From the NCBI GenBank assembly GCA_951406725.2, contig OX597821.1, positions 74,462,001 through 74,526,000 of the forward strand: a DNA stretch of 64,000 nt, given 5' to 3'. The stretch is from Octopus vulgaris (Eukaryota). The notes under the pieces are model-generated. The model was not told the origin of the DNA and searched no databases. It saw nothing but the letters and a program-made list of their open reading frames with translations. Of this stretch, positions 45,269 to 59,564 are shown in pieces; position 1 is the stretch's first letter; each line of letters starts with the position of its first letter. The position numbers and the translations under genes are program-made.

Positions 45269-45486
45269 TATATTTCTTTATCTATAAATGATCACACATA
45301 TGACGACCGTAACATCGGTATACAGCATATTCGTTATTTTAGTAAACAGAATTAGCATATTGGGTCCCTGTGACATCGGCGAAATACTTAGATTATCCTG
45401 GATTCGTTTAACAAATTCATAGTTTCAATGGGTACAGCAGATGGGGACCTTCTTTCTTTCTTTAATGTATTGATTAAATGATGTCA

Positions 45487-45800
45487 GTGAAGGGGCGTGA
45501 CTTAGGTGGTTATGGCATTTGGTTCGTGATCGTAGGGTCACGGTTTCGATTCCTGATCCCGTGTTTTGTCCTTGAGCAACTCAATCTATTTTACGTTGCT
45601 CCAGTTCACTCAGCTGGAAAAAATATGTACCTGCATTTCGAAGGGCCAGTCTTGTCAAATTCTGTGTCAAATCCTGAGGACTACGTTAACGATACGCGAG
45701 CCTGTGGAGTACTCAGACAACTTGCACGTTAATTTCACGATTAGGCTGTTCTGTTGATCGGATCAAGTGGAGCACTCCTCGTCGTAACCGACGGAGGGCT
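45487..45800 (+). mobile_element. SINE family B (tRNA-derived, CORE-like; resembles octopus OR-type SINEs)
   Basis: A/B boxes, GTCCTTGAGCAA core and tail ending GTCGTAACCGACGGAG. TSD ATTAAATGATGTC/ATTTAATGATGTC. Confidence 0.88.
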
Positions 45801-46227
45801 ATTTAATGATGTCGAAATAGGCAACAAAACACCAAAACGGCTTCGACAATTTGATCCCTTCCCCGATAGCTTCTCTGCAATTGTACCAAGTGAAAGGATG
45901 TGGACAGTTTGCAGGTGAACCAGTTCCACCAACGTTTCTTAGGTCCTCATTCCCTGTATCGAACTCATTCAGTCGTCACCTATTCCTGCAGTGAAGTATT
46001 TCATAGATGCCATCGTAATGTTCTGATAACAAAAGGCTGCGATGCTTTAGACACATATTGAATAACTGTCAATGACATGATCAACCGAAGCCAAAATCCT
46101 CATTATATGTCATTATATCATACACACATACATGTATATGTCTGTGTGTATTTATCAACATATAAAGATGTATGCGTATATATAAATATAATATATACGT
46201 AGATGTACATATTTCATTCCTATATGC

Positions 46228-46292
<65 letters not shown>

Positions 46293-46331
46293 TACCCACA
46301 CGTAATATATACACCTTTATTCATATACACA

Positions 46332-46475
46332 CAGGGTGGGCCAAAAGTCACAAAAATGTAAGAAATTTTAATAACATTGTTTTCGTAATTTAGATGTGAT
46401 TTTCCGCATCAAAATTAATTTATTACCTATATATCTATTGAATAAGATGCTATATCTTATTCAATAGATGCTATA

Positions 46476-46534
<59 letters not shown>

Positions 46535-46613
46535 AATAAGATTGTAAATTAAAAACAAAATATTAAAACATGATTAAAGATTCAAATATCTTCAGAACTT
46601 TTCGCCCACTCTG
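46332..46613. mobile_element. Tc1/mariner-type MITE
   Basis: TIRs CAGGGTGGGCCAAAAGT ... ACTTTTCGCCCACTCTG (15/17 match), followed by TA on the right. Confidence 0.8.
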
Positions 46614-46726
46614 TATGTACATATATATATATATATACAGACATACGTATATATATATACATACACATGCATATACATATATACATCCATCAACACCCCC
46701 CACACACACACTCTCTCTCACACACA

Positions 46727-46761
<35 letters not shown>

Positions 46762-46874
46762 CATACACATTATGTAAAGGACATCCCCAACGAGTGAAAA
46801 ATACGTAAACACACGAGAGATAAGAACAGGACATAATGCCCAAAAAAGATAACTCGTTCATCAGTTGTCGACGA

Positions 46875-46905
<31 letters not shown>

Positions 46906-47335
46906 CAAACCTGAAATCCTGAGGTTAACTCCATCGTACTGTTTCGGTCACATATTAACTCTGCTGTGCAATAATAGAGGTACCAAGCAAATTACGGATG
47001 CATTTTTTCCCCCTTTTCTTTAATGATGAGTAAAATAAAGCGGATGGCAGTCACCCGTCAATATATCGATCATGTTTATGTTATCACACAACCAACATTC
47101 CTTGCATTGCTTGCTCTTATTTACTTTCATCCACTTGAGCCTGGCGCAAAAGCAGAAAACCATGATCAAAGTTGAGACTTATCTCACAGATCATCTCTCC
47201 GGCTTATGCAATGCTTCTGATGTTACAATCGGAGATCAAATTTATAAAAAGAAACGTATCTTCTCTATGTAAAATACTGATAAATAATTTAAGGATCAAC
47301 TTAACTTTAAATTTCCTGATTGCTTGTCGACCGGG

Positions 47336-47591
47336 CAGTGATTCTCAATCATGCTTTCTCTATGGACGTGTTTGACTCCTATTTTATTAGACTGGACTCT
47401 CAGAACCATTCAATGTTTAAAACAACCACAGCTATACTTTTATGATTCAATACTATAAGGAATTGTATTAAGAATTGTTAGAATATTATTTTGTATTGAA
47501 GATATTTAATCAGTTTATTGAGTATAAATTGTAACAAGGAAAAATTTTATGGAGTCCCACGGGTCATGGGAATGCTGGGTGAGAAGCAGTG
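47336..47591. mobile_element. hAT/Charlie-like MITE, second copy
   Basis: CAGTGATTCTCAA ... GGTGAGAAGCAGTG ends, collinear with 1013-1274. Confidence 0.65.
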
Positions 47592-48028
47592 GTCAAAAAG
47601 AAGGATAGGTATTAGAGTAAAAAATTCATTCGGACAACACACTGTCTCATTTAGCCAATATTATAAAGGGAAATAAAGGAATTCCTTGAAAACATCATGA
47701 AGAATTCTTCCGTTCTACAGAGTTTATGTTAGAATGATAATTAAAAGTTGAGACAAATGGACAAATGCTTTAATGGAATCAAAAGTAAACGACAAATTTA
47801 TTTTATATATGCATGTATTTATATATTTTTAAATACATGCATGCATTTATATGTATATAAATATATGCATGTATATATATAATATGCATGTATTTATATA
47901 TATATAATATATATATAATATGCATGTACTTATATATATATAAATATATACATGTATTTATATATATATTTTATATATATATGTATGTATTATGTATGCA
48001 CGGATGTATGTATGCATGTATGTATGTA

Positions 48029-48088
<60 letters not shown>

Positions 48089-48243
48089 GTCATGTGTTTA
48101 CATACATACATTCATACATATATATATATATATATATATATGGATATATATATGGATATATATACACATAACGTGGATAAATATATACATATACACCTAT
48201 TCAATTAATCATTGCTATGTGTTTGCGTACATACACACACGCA

Positions 48244-48284
<41 letters not shown>

Positions 48285-48720
48285 GTATGTGTGTGTGTGT
48301 GTGTGTGTGTGTATTATATGTGTGTGCATGGATGTATGTATGCTATGAATTGCCGAATACTAATACTTGAATTTTATGCGTCACATGTGTGAGTGTTGTT
48401 GTAAGTGGCTCGAAACTCGCCTTTCCTTCAAAACTTTTCACTCTTCCAAGGCACCGACAAAAAACAAATAAAAAAACCCAGCCGCCACCCCCCCTCTCAG
48501 CCTCCAGCCATAATGCTTCGCCACAATCCCTGCTACCCTCCTCCTCGGCTTTCTATGATTCATTATTTCATTTCTCACATAAAGTCGTGATGCTCACTTA
48601 ACTGGTCACGCCCAAATTCCCTTCACATTTGAAAGGAATTCGATCTTTCATTTACATGCGCTCACACACATATACACACACACACATACATATGAACACA
48701 CACGCACACGTAGATATTTA

Positions 48721-48766
<46 letters not shown>

Positions 48767-49068
48767 AGTGTGTGTGTCTGTGTGTGTATGTATGTGTGTG
48801 CGCGTATGTTTGTTCGTTTGTTTTACATTAATCTGATGTTTCACTCCATATCTTTTGTAGGGTAATGAATTTCTTAGTCTTAAACAAGAATATTTTTGAC
48901 AGTGACGACGATGGCCCCGCTGGCCGTACTTCGAAGTCACAGCCAATAATATTTTACTTAAGATTATATATATATATATAAATAAATAACACGCATACAT
49001 TTACATTCATACACGTTAAATATATGCATATATACATCTGTAGATGAGTATATTAATTTATATAAATG

Positions 49069-49108
<40 letters not shown>

Positions 49109-49467
49109 TATAATATACATATAATATAGATATAATATATATATATAAATATAATATATAATATATATATATATACATATATCTATGTCTACATATGTAT
49201 ATATATATATACATATACACACATACATTCATATGTTTGTTACTTTTAACAACAATGTGTATTTCATTCAGGCGCAAAAATTAAGAAGGATATCAGTAAT
49301 TAACCTCTGTGTATATTATTTATCGTCCACTTGCCTCTGTATACACACAGCTGTTAAAGTGCATACGCATGTACACATCATGTATGCATGTACATCCTGC
49401 ACCTCGTGCTCAGGGTATACATGTGTGTGTATTTATCTCTATATTGTGATAAAAACCCACACACACA

Positions 49468-49530
<63 letters not shown>

Positions 49531-50064
49531 TCAAACATGCAAACACGGACACACCCGCAATTTGTAAATTCATCGAAATATGTGGCGAGATAAACATTTT
49601 ACGAGATTTCTGCAAAATGTAAATATGGTGTGTTAGTAAAGCAAGAAGGCATTGATAGATTTATAAATACGAAAACGGAATCAATACAAGAGTGTAATTC
49701 ATGTTATATCATATGTGTATATATTAATATTAGTGACAGGTTCATAAGAGAGAGAGAGAGGGAGAGAGTATGGCAAGAGAAAGAGAGAAGATTAAGAGAA
49801 GAAGAGAGAGCAGTACTATGGGTATAAAAGCAAACTGTTATGACAGTTATTATATTCCGTACATTTCAATTCAGTCCAGTTCAATTCGTTGCTCTGTTTA
49901 TTAATGTTGCATAGAAATACTTTCAACAGAAATTTTCCTATCAATTTTGTATTGAAGCGGATGATAGGAACGAAAGGCTAATAAGAATTATGAAACACAT
50001 ACACACAAGCTTATATACATGTCTATACACATACGTGCACATACATATATATGTGTGTGTGTGT

Positions 50065-50270
50065 GTCTGTGCTTTACGTTTTTATTGGTTAACTGCCGGT
50101 GTTGGTTTATTTAAGTCCCTCTAACCTAGCGTTTCGGAAAAAAGAGTTCTACAGGAACACACCAGACCTAAAATAAGTACTGGGTTTGAGGCGACCGATT
50201 AAACCTCTCATGCTGGTGCTGCAGCTTGGTCGTTCTCCAATGAATGAAATAAATAAAACAATAAAAGTAT
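50065..50270 (+). mobile_element. SINE family A, degenerate 3' half
   Basis: CCGGTGTTGGTTTATTTAAGTCCC...AATAAGTACTGGG...GGTGCTGCAGCTTGG. Confidence 0.65.
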
Positions 50271-50299
50271 ATATCTTGGATGGAGATCAAATATTAATA

Positions 50300-50445
50300 A
50301 CTGTTTCTAACATAGGTAAGGTGTTTAAGGGAACGGTTAATCGTCTACAATGACCCCAGTATGTTACTGGTATTTTGTTTTACCGATTTCGGAAGGATGA
50401 AAGGTAGCTGCTGTAAATACCGCAAGACTCCAGTGATTCTACCAA
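50300..50445 (-). mobile_element. SINE family C, degenerate
   Basis: GACCCCAGTATGTTACTGGTATTT...GGAAGGATGAAAGG. Confidence 0.6.
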
Positions 50446-50459
50446 TCGAATTCAGTTCC

Positions 50460-50850
50460 CGCAGGCATGGCTCTGTGGTAAGAAGCTTGCTTCACAACCA
50501 CATGGTTCCGGGTTCAGTCCTCTGCGTGACACTTTGGGCAAGGGTCTTCTGCTATAATCTCTGGCACACCCGGCCCTTGACAGTGATTTAGTAAATGGAA
50601 CCTGAAAGAAGCTCCTTGTAGGCGCGCGCTTGTGTATGTGTGTGTGTGTGTCCTATCACAGCTTGACAACGGGTGTTAGAGTCTTTAAGTCTTCGTACTT
50701 AGCAGTTCGGCAAAAAACCGATACAATAAGTTCCAGACTTTCAAGAAAAATAGGGAGTGTGGTCGATTCATTCGACTAAAAATTCTTAAAAGTGGTGCCC
50801 CAGCATGGCCGCAGTCCAATGACTAAAACAGCTAAAAGTTAGAAGATAAA
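50460..50850 (+). mobile_element. SINE family A, full length
   Basis: Head GCATGGCTCTGTGGTAAGAAGCTTGCTT...GGGTTCAGTCC and tail GGTGCCCCAGCATGGCCGCAGTCCAATGACT. Confidence 0.9.
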
Positions 50851-50893
50851 TGCTAAAAGATAATTATTGTCTAGCCTTAATAATAAAATTAAA

Positions 50894-50986
<93 letters not shown>

Positions 50987-51240
50987 CAATAATGATAATG
51001 GTTCATAATTCATATTGTTTGGCACTCACTTGTAGCAACATCCAATTTTAAAAGGTTTCATGCCTCATTTCCTAAATGACTTCAGTTCTGTGTAAAGAAT
51101 GTAAACCTTTACAATAAAGGAATAATAATAATAATAATAATAACAATAATTGCTAACATAATTAATAATAATAGAACTGTTACGATGAATTACTAAGGAT
51201 AAATATAAAAATAGAACACAATAATGGAATGGTAATATGG

Positions 51241-51287
<47 letters not shown>

Positions 51288-51551
51288 ATGGACATCTTGG
51301 CAGAAATGTTTCTGATAATGTAACGATATGGAGATGGAAACAATTTCAAAGAATATTTTATGTTCTTCACTAAAATCCCTTGATAAAAAACAAAAGCTGG
51401 ATTGTCAAATAATATACTTGACGATCATATTTTCATAAAATTTGTCAGGATCATAAATTCAAAGAAATATGATTGCAATTCAGAGGCTAACTATCCAGGT
51501 GATTGACATAACGCTATTAGCAACAGGTGTTAACTTACTTCCTCACTCTAA

Positions 51552-51588
<37 letters not shown>

Positions 51589-51601
51589 TCAAATATCTAT
51601 T

Positions 51602-51632
<31 letters not shown>

Positions 51633-51664
51633 GCATACATATATATACATATATGTATATATAC

Positions 51665-51769
<105 letters not shown>

Positions 51770-52413
51770 TATATATGTATGCATGTTACATACACATGAA
51801 TTTACAAATGTACACATTCTACATATATGTTAAATATTTATGATATAATTATGTATTAAATATCATAATTATATTATATATATTAATTATAATAATACAC
51901 AATACATGTTATCAGTAATATATATCATAAATACTGCCGTGTATGTTATAAATTTCATATAAGACTTGTATTTAATACCTTATTTTCATTATGTATTAGA
52001 TATATATATTTGATCCATACACACACACATAGACACACAGACACACAGAAACACACACATACACATACAATATAGTAAACAGATTTATTATACATATAAT
52101 ATATAAATTTAATAGGTATGTAGTATATTGATATTATAATTACATGTTTGTATATATTTTTTATAATGATACATGTTTATATATATTATGTATCTATGTA
52201 TATTGGTAACATATGATATATGATATAACTTATATAACATATATTATGTTATAGTATATTAAATATATAGATAGGAAAAAGTCAGAGATAGAGATAGATA
52301 TATCGATATATATATATATATATATATATATGAATATAAGGAGATTCTATCCACCAGTGCAGTGTTGAGCACTCATTTACATCGTTCGACATTTATATAT
52401 TTATATACATAGA

Positions 52414-52449
<36 letters not shown>

Positions 52450-52455
52450 TATATA

Positions 52456-52495
<40 letters not shown>

Positions 52496-52898
52496 GATAG
52501 ATAAGCAGATTGACAGCCTGAGTGAGTAATAATAAATAAATAGATAAATTCACTCCTTTATTTGTCATTTGTGAATGAAGTTATTTGACATAAGATTTCG
52601 AACTGAAGTAATCATTCCTGTTATTCTACTAATTATTGCGTTTTAGGAAAAGGTGGGTTTTAATCTCACAGACCTATAGTCAAATGTCTTCCATCCGTGA
52701 CCATTCCCGTTTGTTAGAGACCGTTTCTAGAGAAATCAGCGTATGTGATTTGGCTGTTATATCTAGAAAGTCAACTGACCACTTAGTACGCTACCATAGA
52801 TACAAAATGCTGGGTCCAAGGGAATCTAGAAAAAACATCTTGACTGAACCACTGCTTTTGTATCGCATTTCTCAGTTAATATCCCAACGGACTCCACC

Positions 52899-52930
<32 letters not shown>

Positions 52931-53441
52931 CACCTTATTTTTTATTACATTTCGCAACGTTTGTGTATTCTAGCTTTAATCACCTATTTTAAGGCAGATA
53001 CGAACCTACACGTGTGGACTAGAACAAATATACACAAAGACATGTTAAATAAAACTATGCACACACACATATGCACAAAAAAACACACACACACGCGCAT
53101 GTGTTCTTGTTTGATGAAATTTTTCTTACTCGTGTAACTCTATTGTCTTCCATAGTTATTATGCCCTCCATTGCGCTCAGCTCTGAATATTCTCAATTAT
53201 TGTTAATATATATTTTTCGAGGACTTTGTGGTATCACGTAGATAATTATGTTCCTTCAACACATACTCGACAAAACCACACATACACACAGACACACAAA
53301 GACACACATACACATTTATATGGATGGCTCTTATAGAAATATTTATGATGAGCAGGATTCACGTGAAATCCTGCTCGCATACCTGCAAACACTGATCTGA
53401 CTAAATGAGGCACAACACGTAAAGAAGAGAAAGGATTCAAC

Positions 53442-53506
<65 letters not shown>

Positions 53507-53512
<6 letters not shown>

Positions 53513-53582
53513 CGGGGTCAAATTTTTCAACGGCGGTGCATCAGTATGGCCGCAGCTCTGAGCTGAAACTAGAGAGAAAAAA
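53507..53582 (+). mobile_element. SINE A/CR1-type 3' tail fragment between (TA)n arrays
   Basis: CGGCGGTGCATCAGTATGGCCGCAGCTCTGAGCTGAAACT. Confidence 0.65.
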
Positions 53583-53671
53583 TATATATGGATATATATA
53601 TATATATATATATATGGATATATATATATATATATATGTGGATATATATATATATGTGGATATAAATATAT

Positions 53672-53719
<48 letters not shown>

Positions 53720-53956
53720 GTAAGCAGATAGTACACACACACACATACACTCACATACACACAAATATATATATGTACAGTGACGTATATGCATACATAT
53801 ACATATTTACGTGTATATGCATATATATGCATATATTTGTATACGTTTATGTCAGCAAAAGTATACAGATGTGTACATGTATATAAATCCACCCCACACA
53901 AGTGTATCCATACATCCATAAAAACATATATTCTAATTACAAATGTATGCTTATAC

Positions 53957-54174
<218 letters not shown>

Positions 54175-54339
54175 GTATATATCTTATATGCATATATATA
54201 TATATATATGTATATGCATATATATTCGTATATATAACTTCGAAGTGAGTGTCAATATTATCATTGCTTAAGAATAAACACGACTCTACAAAAGAACAGA
54301 TTAACCTATCAGATTATCGTAAAATTGTTTTTATTATAA

Positions 54340-54363
54340 GTGGGCTTAACAACAAACATTGAC

Positions 54364-54397
<34 letters not shown>

Positions 54398-54418
54398 AAT
54401 GTTTGCTGTTAAGCCCAC
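54340..54418. repeat. 21-bp inverted repeat (1 mismatch) around (TA)n
   Basis: GTGGGCTTAACAACAAACATT ... AATGTTTGCTGTTAAGCCCAC. Confidence 0.92.
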
Positions 54419-55080
54419 ATATAATAGAAAGTATTTTATATATATGTATATACGCACAAACACACATATACATGTGTATATCTAAGACGCGTACAGTCAG
54501 ATATGTATTGGACAATTCCATCTTATTCTGGCGATATTCTTCGACGGGACAGCCTGTCCGTGTTGTGATGAATGGTTACGCCTGCTGTCTACACTTCGCA
54601 GTTGAATGCCTTTCTTTGGTGTCCACTGAATTCCCAAGGAATTAAGCGAGGTTTCTAGTCAGGTGTATCTACCTCTTTTACTCTCACCTGCCCTACTGAC
54701 CCCCAAACAATAGCATCTCATAGTTGAGACCTTTCTCTACAGATTAAAAATCTTTACACCCACACACAGACATGCACACACACATACCCAAACACCCCAC
54801 ACATGCATACTTATACACACATATGTATATTTATTTATGTGTGTGATTATTTTTGTATGTATATACATGTGTGTATATATATATAAATGTGTATGTATGT
54901 ATGTGTATATATATATAATTTATATACACACATGGATGTAAATATACAATTAAACACACACATAAATAAATATACATACATATATACATATATATATGTA
55001 TGTATATTTATTTATATGTGTTCATTTATTTATTTATTGATTTATGTGTGTTTATTTGTATATGTACATGCTTGTGTGTA

Positions 55081-55113
<33 letters not shown>

Positions 55114-55297
55114 GCATGTGTGTGTATATATAATTTTATGCATATATATTTATGTATATATGTATGCATGTACATTTATTTGTGTCTGTATTTGCATATG
55201 TACATGCTTGTGTGTATATATGTGTATATGTATATATATATGTATGCGTGTGTGTGTATATACAATTTTATACATACATGTATATATATATACATAC

Positions 55298-55346
<49 letters not shown>

Positions 55347-55454
55347 TGTATGTATGTATGTATGTATGTATGTATGTATGTATGTATGTATGTATGTATG
55401 TGCGTATATGTGTTGTGTTTGTGTTGTATGTATTAAATAATGTAAATGCATACG

Positions 55455-55690
55455 TCACGCTTGATGAAAATGTTTTCAGTCTTTTGTAGACCTTATATAA
55501 TGGAGATTATGTTAGAAATCGTTTTAGCTGGTTGCTTCGATGAAGCGCCGAACTAAATTTTACATTGAATTCCTCCTCCTTTATTTTGTTCTTCCATATG
55601 CAATTTCAAATCTTGTTAGTTAGGAATCCCTATTTTCTTTTATACGCTCAGTGCCCCTTTATTCGTATACATGTCACTCGACTATATCTA
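55455..55690 (-). mobile_element. Possible degraded Penelope GIY-YIG endonuclease C-terminus
   Basis: Frameshifted fragments CIWKNKIKEEEFNVKFS / RFIEATS / GLQKTENIFI resemble the PLE pattern YIWxLKE...WxI...CxLCxxEKxxI. Confidence 0.35.
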
Positions 55691-55841
55691 CACCAGAGTA
55701 AAGTTTGGCCTTATAGCCGACAAAATTTGATCCCGAATAATAACGATATAGCGTCTATTATTGTTATTATTGAGGTCATCTGAGTCTTTCATCTTACCGG
55801 GGTCAATGAATTAAGGGCTGTTTCCTCCCCCAATTTTTTGA

Positions 55842-56045
55842 GGCGGAGGTGAACTAGCAACATCGTTAGAGCATTTATATTTCTGCAGAATCATTACATT
55901 CTGTGAACTTTTCCTTTCATCTTTTCGCGGTCGATATAATAAAGTCCCCATTCAACTGCTAGGGGTCGATACTACTGACTAATCCGCTTAACTTCATTCG
56001 TAACTGCTGGTCTTGTACCTAAATTTGAAAATAGGATTATTATTG
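55842..56045 (+). mobile_element. SINE family C
   Basis: GGTGAACTAGCAACATCGTTAG...CCTTTCATCTTTTCGCGGTCGATA...GGTCTTGTACCTAAATTTGAAA, then an ATT tail. Confidence 0.75.
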
Positions 56046-56184
56046 TTACTAACAACAACAACAAGGTTTTCATCATCATCACCATCATCATCATCATAAT
56101 AAAAATAGTAATAATAATAATAATGATAATTATAACCACCAGCATTTCCGTCGTCATCATCATCATCGTCATTGTCATCATCAC

Positions 56185-56229
<45 letters not shown>

Positions 56230-56691
56230 AGTCGTCGTCATCATCATCATCATCATTCTGTAACGGTGTTTGATTCTTGATTTAAAATTTAATTAAGAGC
56301 CCAAACTAATGTGAATCCAGTCAAATTGACTGAAAAACACGAAGAAGGAAATATTTAAAACGTTTATTTCATTCTTCTTTTTTTTTTGTTCTCGCACTCC
56401 TTCGTGTTAATATTGTAAAAACAAATTAAATTTCATTTTTCAATATAACCATAAAGCAAAAAAAAGTATTTAATCCTATTATAACTGGCTTTAGTTTTAA
56501 TTTTTAATATTAATTCCACTAATTAATGACATAAAGCATGACTAATTAACGGTTGTTAGTTTTAAAAATTATCACTGGAAAACCAGATCTCTACAAGTTG
56601 TTTCGTCGTAAATTGTGCTTGGAGAAAGAATATTCTAGGTATATGAGAACAGGCATTACAGACATCCGTAGCATTGAACGTATTTTTCAGT

Positions 56692-56754
<63 letters not shown>

Positions 56755-56971
56755 TAGAGTTATTGGAATATAAACAGCTAGATTTTCAATTTCAATGCAA
56801 AACTCGTTTTTCCATCAATCATAAATTTCAAGTGATGAGTCTGGTTTTTACATACAGGGTTAAATATATTATAACACACACACACACAAACACACACACA
56901 TACGTATATATATTTATATGTGTGTGTATGTATTTATATATACATACACAATCAGTATTGTGCATATATAA

Positions 56972-57047
<76 letters not shown>

Positions 57048-57208
57048 ATATATATATACATACACACACTCACATACATATCTATATATAAATAGGCATA
57101 TACTTGAATATATATATATACATAAATATACATAGATATACATACACAGATATCATACAGACACACTGTATGAGTGAGAATTTATGTAACAACGTGTGAA
57201 TATACGCT

Positions 57209-57255
<47 letters not shown>

Positions 57256-57406
57256 GTATGTGTGTGTGTGTGTGTGTGTGTGTTTATTATACACGAATAT
57301 ACTATATTCATATATGAACATTAGCATAGGCTTGAGACACACAGAAACACACACACACATGTATACATGATGGATGTATTAGGATGAACTAATTAAATAT
57401 ATTTTT

Positions 57407-57470
57407 CCCGCTAAATTTCACGTCGGTTATTCTGCAATCCCGCTAAATTTCACGTCGGTTATTCTGCAAT
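57407..57470. repeat. Perfect 32-bp tandem duplication
   Basis: CCCGCTAAATTTCACGTCGGTTATTCTGCAAT x2. Confidence 0.95.
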
Positions 57471-57631
57471 CCAAATTTCCAAAATTATTATTCTCCCTAA
57501 ATGTTTTCTGTATCAGGTTTCTCTTCAAGAGTATAAAAATAATAATGGAATAATCGCAATAACAATAACACCAAAAATAATATTAGCAATAATAAAAACT
57601 ACAAGAATAATAATAAAATAAAAAATTATGA

Positions 57632-57828
57632 ATGGTTTTGAATTTTGGCACAAGGGCAATAATTTGTGGTGAGTGGGTAAGTCGATTATAGCGACCCCCA
57701 TGTGGTCAAGTGTTTCTTATTTTCTCAACCCCAAGAAGGATGAAAGGCAAACTCGACCCCGATGGAATTTGAAATTCCGGACGTAATGACACTGAGCATT
57801 TTGTTCGGTATGATAATGTTTCTTCCAA
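57632..57828 (-). mobile_element. SINE family C
   Basis: ATGGTTTTGAATTTTGGCACAAGG...AAGGATGAAAGGCAAACTCGACC..GGAATTTGAA. Confidence 0.8.
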
Positions 57829-57846
57829 ATGATAATAATAAGAATG

Positions 57847-57912
<66 letters not shown>

Positions 57913-58033
57913 TTAATAATTAGAAGAAAAAGCAGAAAGTTAAATTTCCCGCATCATTGAGGAACTGAATTGTGTTTTCATAAATGATCTAACTTTATTA
58001 AATGTAAATTAAATATAATATTTAATACTAAAC

Positions 58034-58346
58034 GTGAAGGCGCGAGGCTTAATGGTTAGGGTTATTCGGCTCACGTGAGTTCAATTCCCGGCGACGCGTT
58101 GTGTCCTTAAGCAAGACACTATATTTCACGTTGCTCCACTCCACTCACCTGGCAAAAATGAGCTGTACCTGTATTTCAAAGGTCCAGCCCTGTCACATTC
58201 TGTGTCGTGCTGAATCTCCCTGAGAACTATATTAAGAGTACCCGTGTCTGTGGAGTGCTCAACCACTTGCACATTAATTTCACGCGTAGGGTCTTCCATT
58301 GATCGGATCAACTGGAACCCTCACCGTCGTAACCGACGGAGGACCA
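58034..58346 (+). mobile_element. SINE family B (left monomer of dimer)
   Basis: GGCGCGAGGCTTAATGGTTAGG...GAGTTCAATTCCC...GTGTCCTTAAGCAAGACACT...GTCGTAACCGACGGAG. Confidence 0.92.
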
Positions 58347-58354
58347 GTTCCAGA

Positions 58355-58560
58355 AGGTGGCGAGCAGGCAGAAACATTACCACGCTGGGCGAAATGCTTA
58401 GCGGTATTACACCTGTTTTTATGTTCTGAGTTCAAATTCTGCCGATGTCGACTTTCATCCTTTCGGGATCGATAAATTAAGTACCAGTTACATAATGGGA
58501 TTGATCTAATCGACTGGCACCTCCCCCAACATTTCTGGCCTTGTTCCTAGAGTAGAAAAG
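58355..58560 (+). mobile_element. SINE family C (right monomer of dimer, reference copy)
   Basis: GGCGAGCAGGCAGAAAC...GAGTTCAAATTC...TTTCATCCTTTCGGGATCGATAAATTAAGTACCAG...GGCCTTGTTCCTAGAGTAGAAAAG. Confidence 0.9.
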
Positions 58561-58950
58561 TATATTTAATACTAAACTCAATAATATATATATTATAACT
58601 AAACTAAATATGAGATAAAATGCAGATATATATCTCGTGTGTATATTTTTCTATTATTAGTGTATGAAAAACCATTGACAATAAGATTGATCCAGATATT
58701 TATCTATGTATTTATCTCTCATTCTGTGTGTGTATGTTGTGTGTGCGTGCGTGTATGTGTGTGTATATATATTAATATTTTTATGTTCAAATATAATTTT
58801 TTTAAATGTTACATTATAGTGAAAGATTACTCAATACTGTTTCTAGAGTATATATTCATAATTCTTGTTAAAAAATTTCAGAAGCACATATGCAGTGATA
58901 AATGTATGCATATATACACACAAATATATACATACATACGTATTAATATA

Positions 58951-58997
<47 letters not shown>

Positions 58998-59189
58998 GTT
59001 GATACAAATATATATATGTAATTGTGTGCGTGTGTGTCCACGGATAGATGCCTGCAATATTCATGAATGATTAATTTGTAACCCTAATAGACCTGTGTAA
59101 CTTAAAATGATGAGAAATGTGTTCATATACAGGTTATTTTCTAATTCGTAAATTTATGTGCACGGGCATGTGTATATATATATATATAT

Positions 59190-59247
59190 ATGTATAAATA
59201 TATGTATTTATGTGTATGTATATATATATGTGTATATATACATACAT

Positions 59248-59293
<46 letters not shown>

Positions 59294-59349
59294 GTATAAA
59301 TATATGTATTTATGTGTATGTATATATATATGTGTATATATACATACAT

Positions 59350-59409
<60 letters not shown>

Positions 59410-59410
59410 G
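59190..59410. repeat. Tandem duplication of a ~100-bp compound microsatellite block
   Basis: GTATAAATATATGTATTTATGTGTATG...CATACATACACAC occurs twice in tandem. Confidence 0.8.
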
Positions 59411-59527
59411 TAGGTCCCGGGTTGAGCCGGGGTTAACCACAGTAAATAAGGTACTCAATACATAGCAGATGATGATTTCTTTTGAATGAAACAGCTCTAG
59501 TCCTGTAGAAGCTCCTTCTATAAAATA

Positions 59528-59564
<37 letters not shown>

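Noticed and set aside
45810-46070. GPKKRWW fragment resembling an RTE LINE C-terminus
   Set aside because: Too short and interrupted by stops to call.
54500-54700. TGQPVRVVMNG...SQG resembling a CR1/L2 RT motif
   Set aside because: Similarity is too weak by eye; it needs a frameshift-aware search.
57407-57470. 32-bp direct repeat as a CRISPR-like array
   Set aside because: Only two adjacent units with no spacer or cas genes, in a eukaryotic context.
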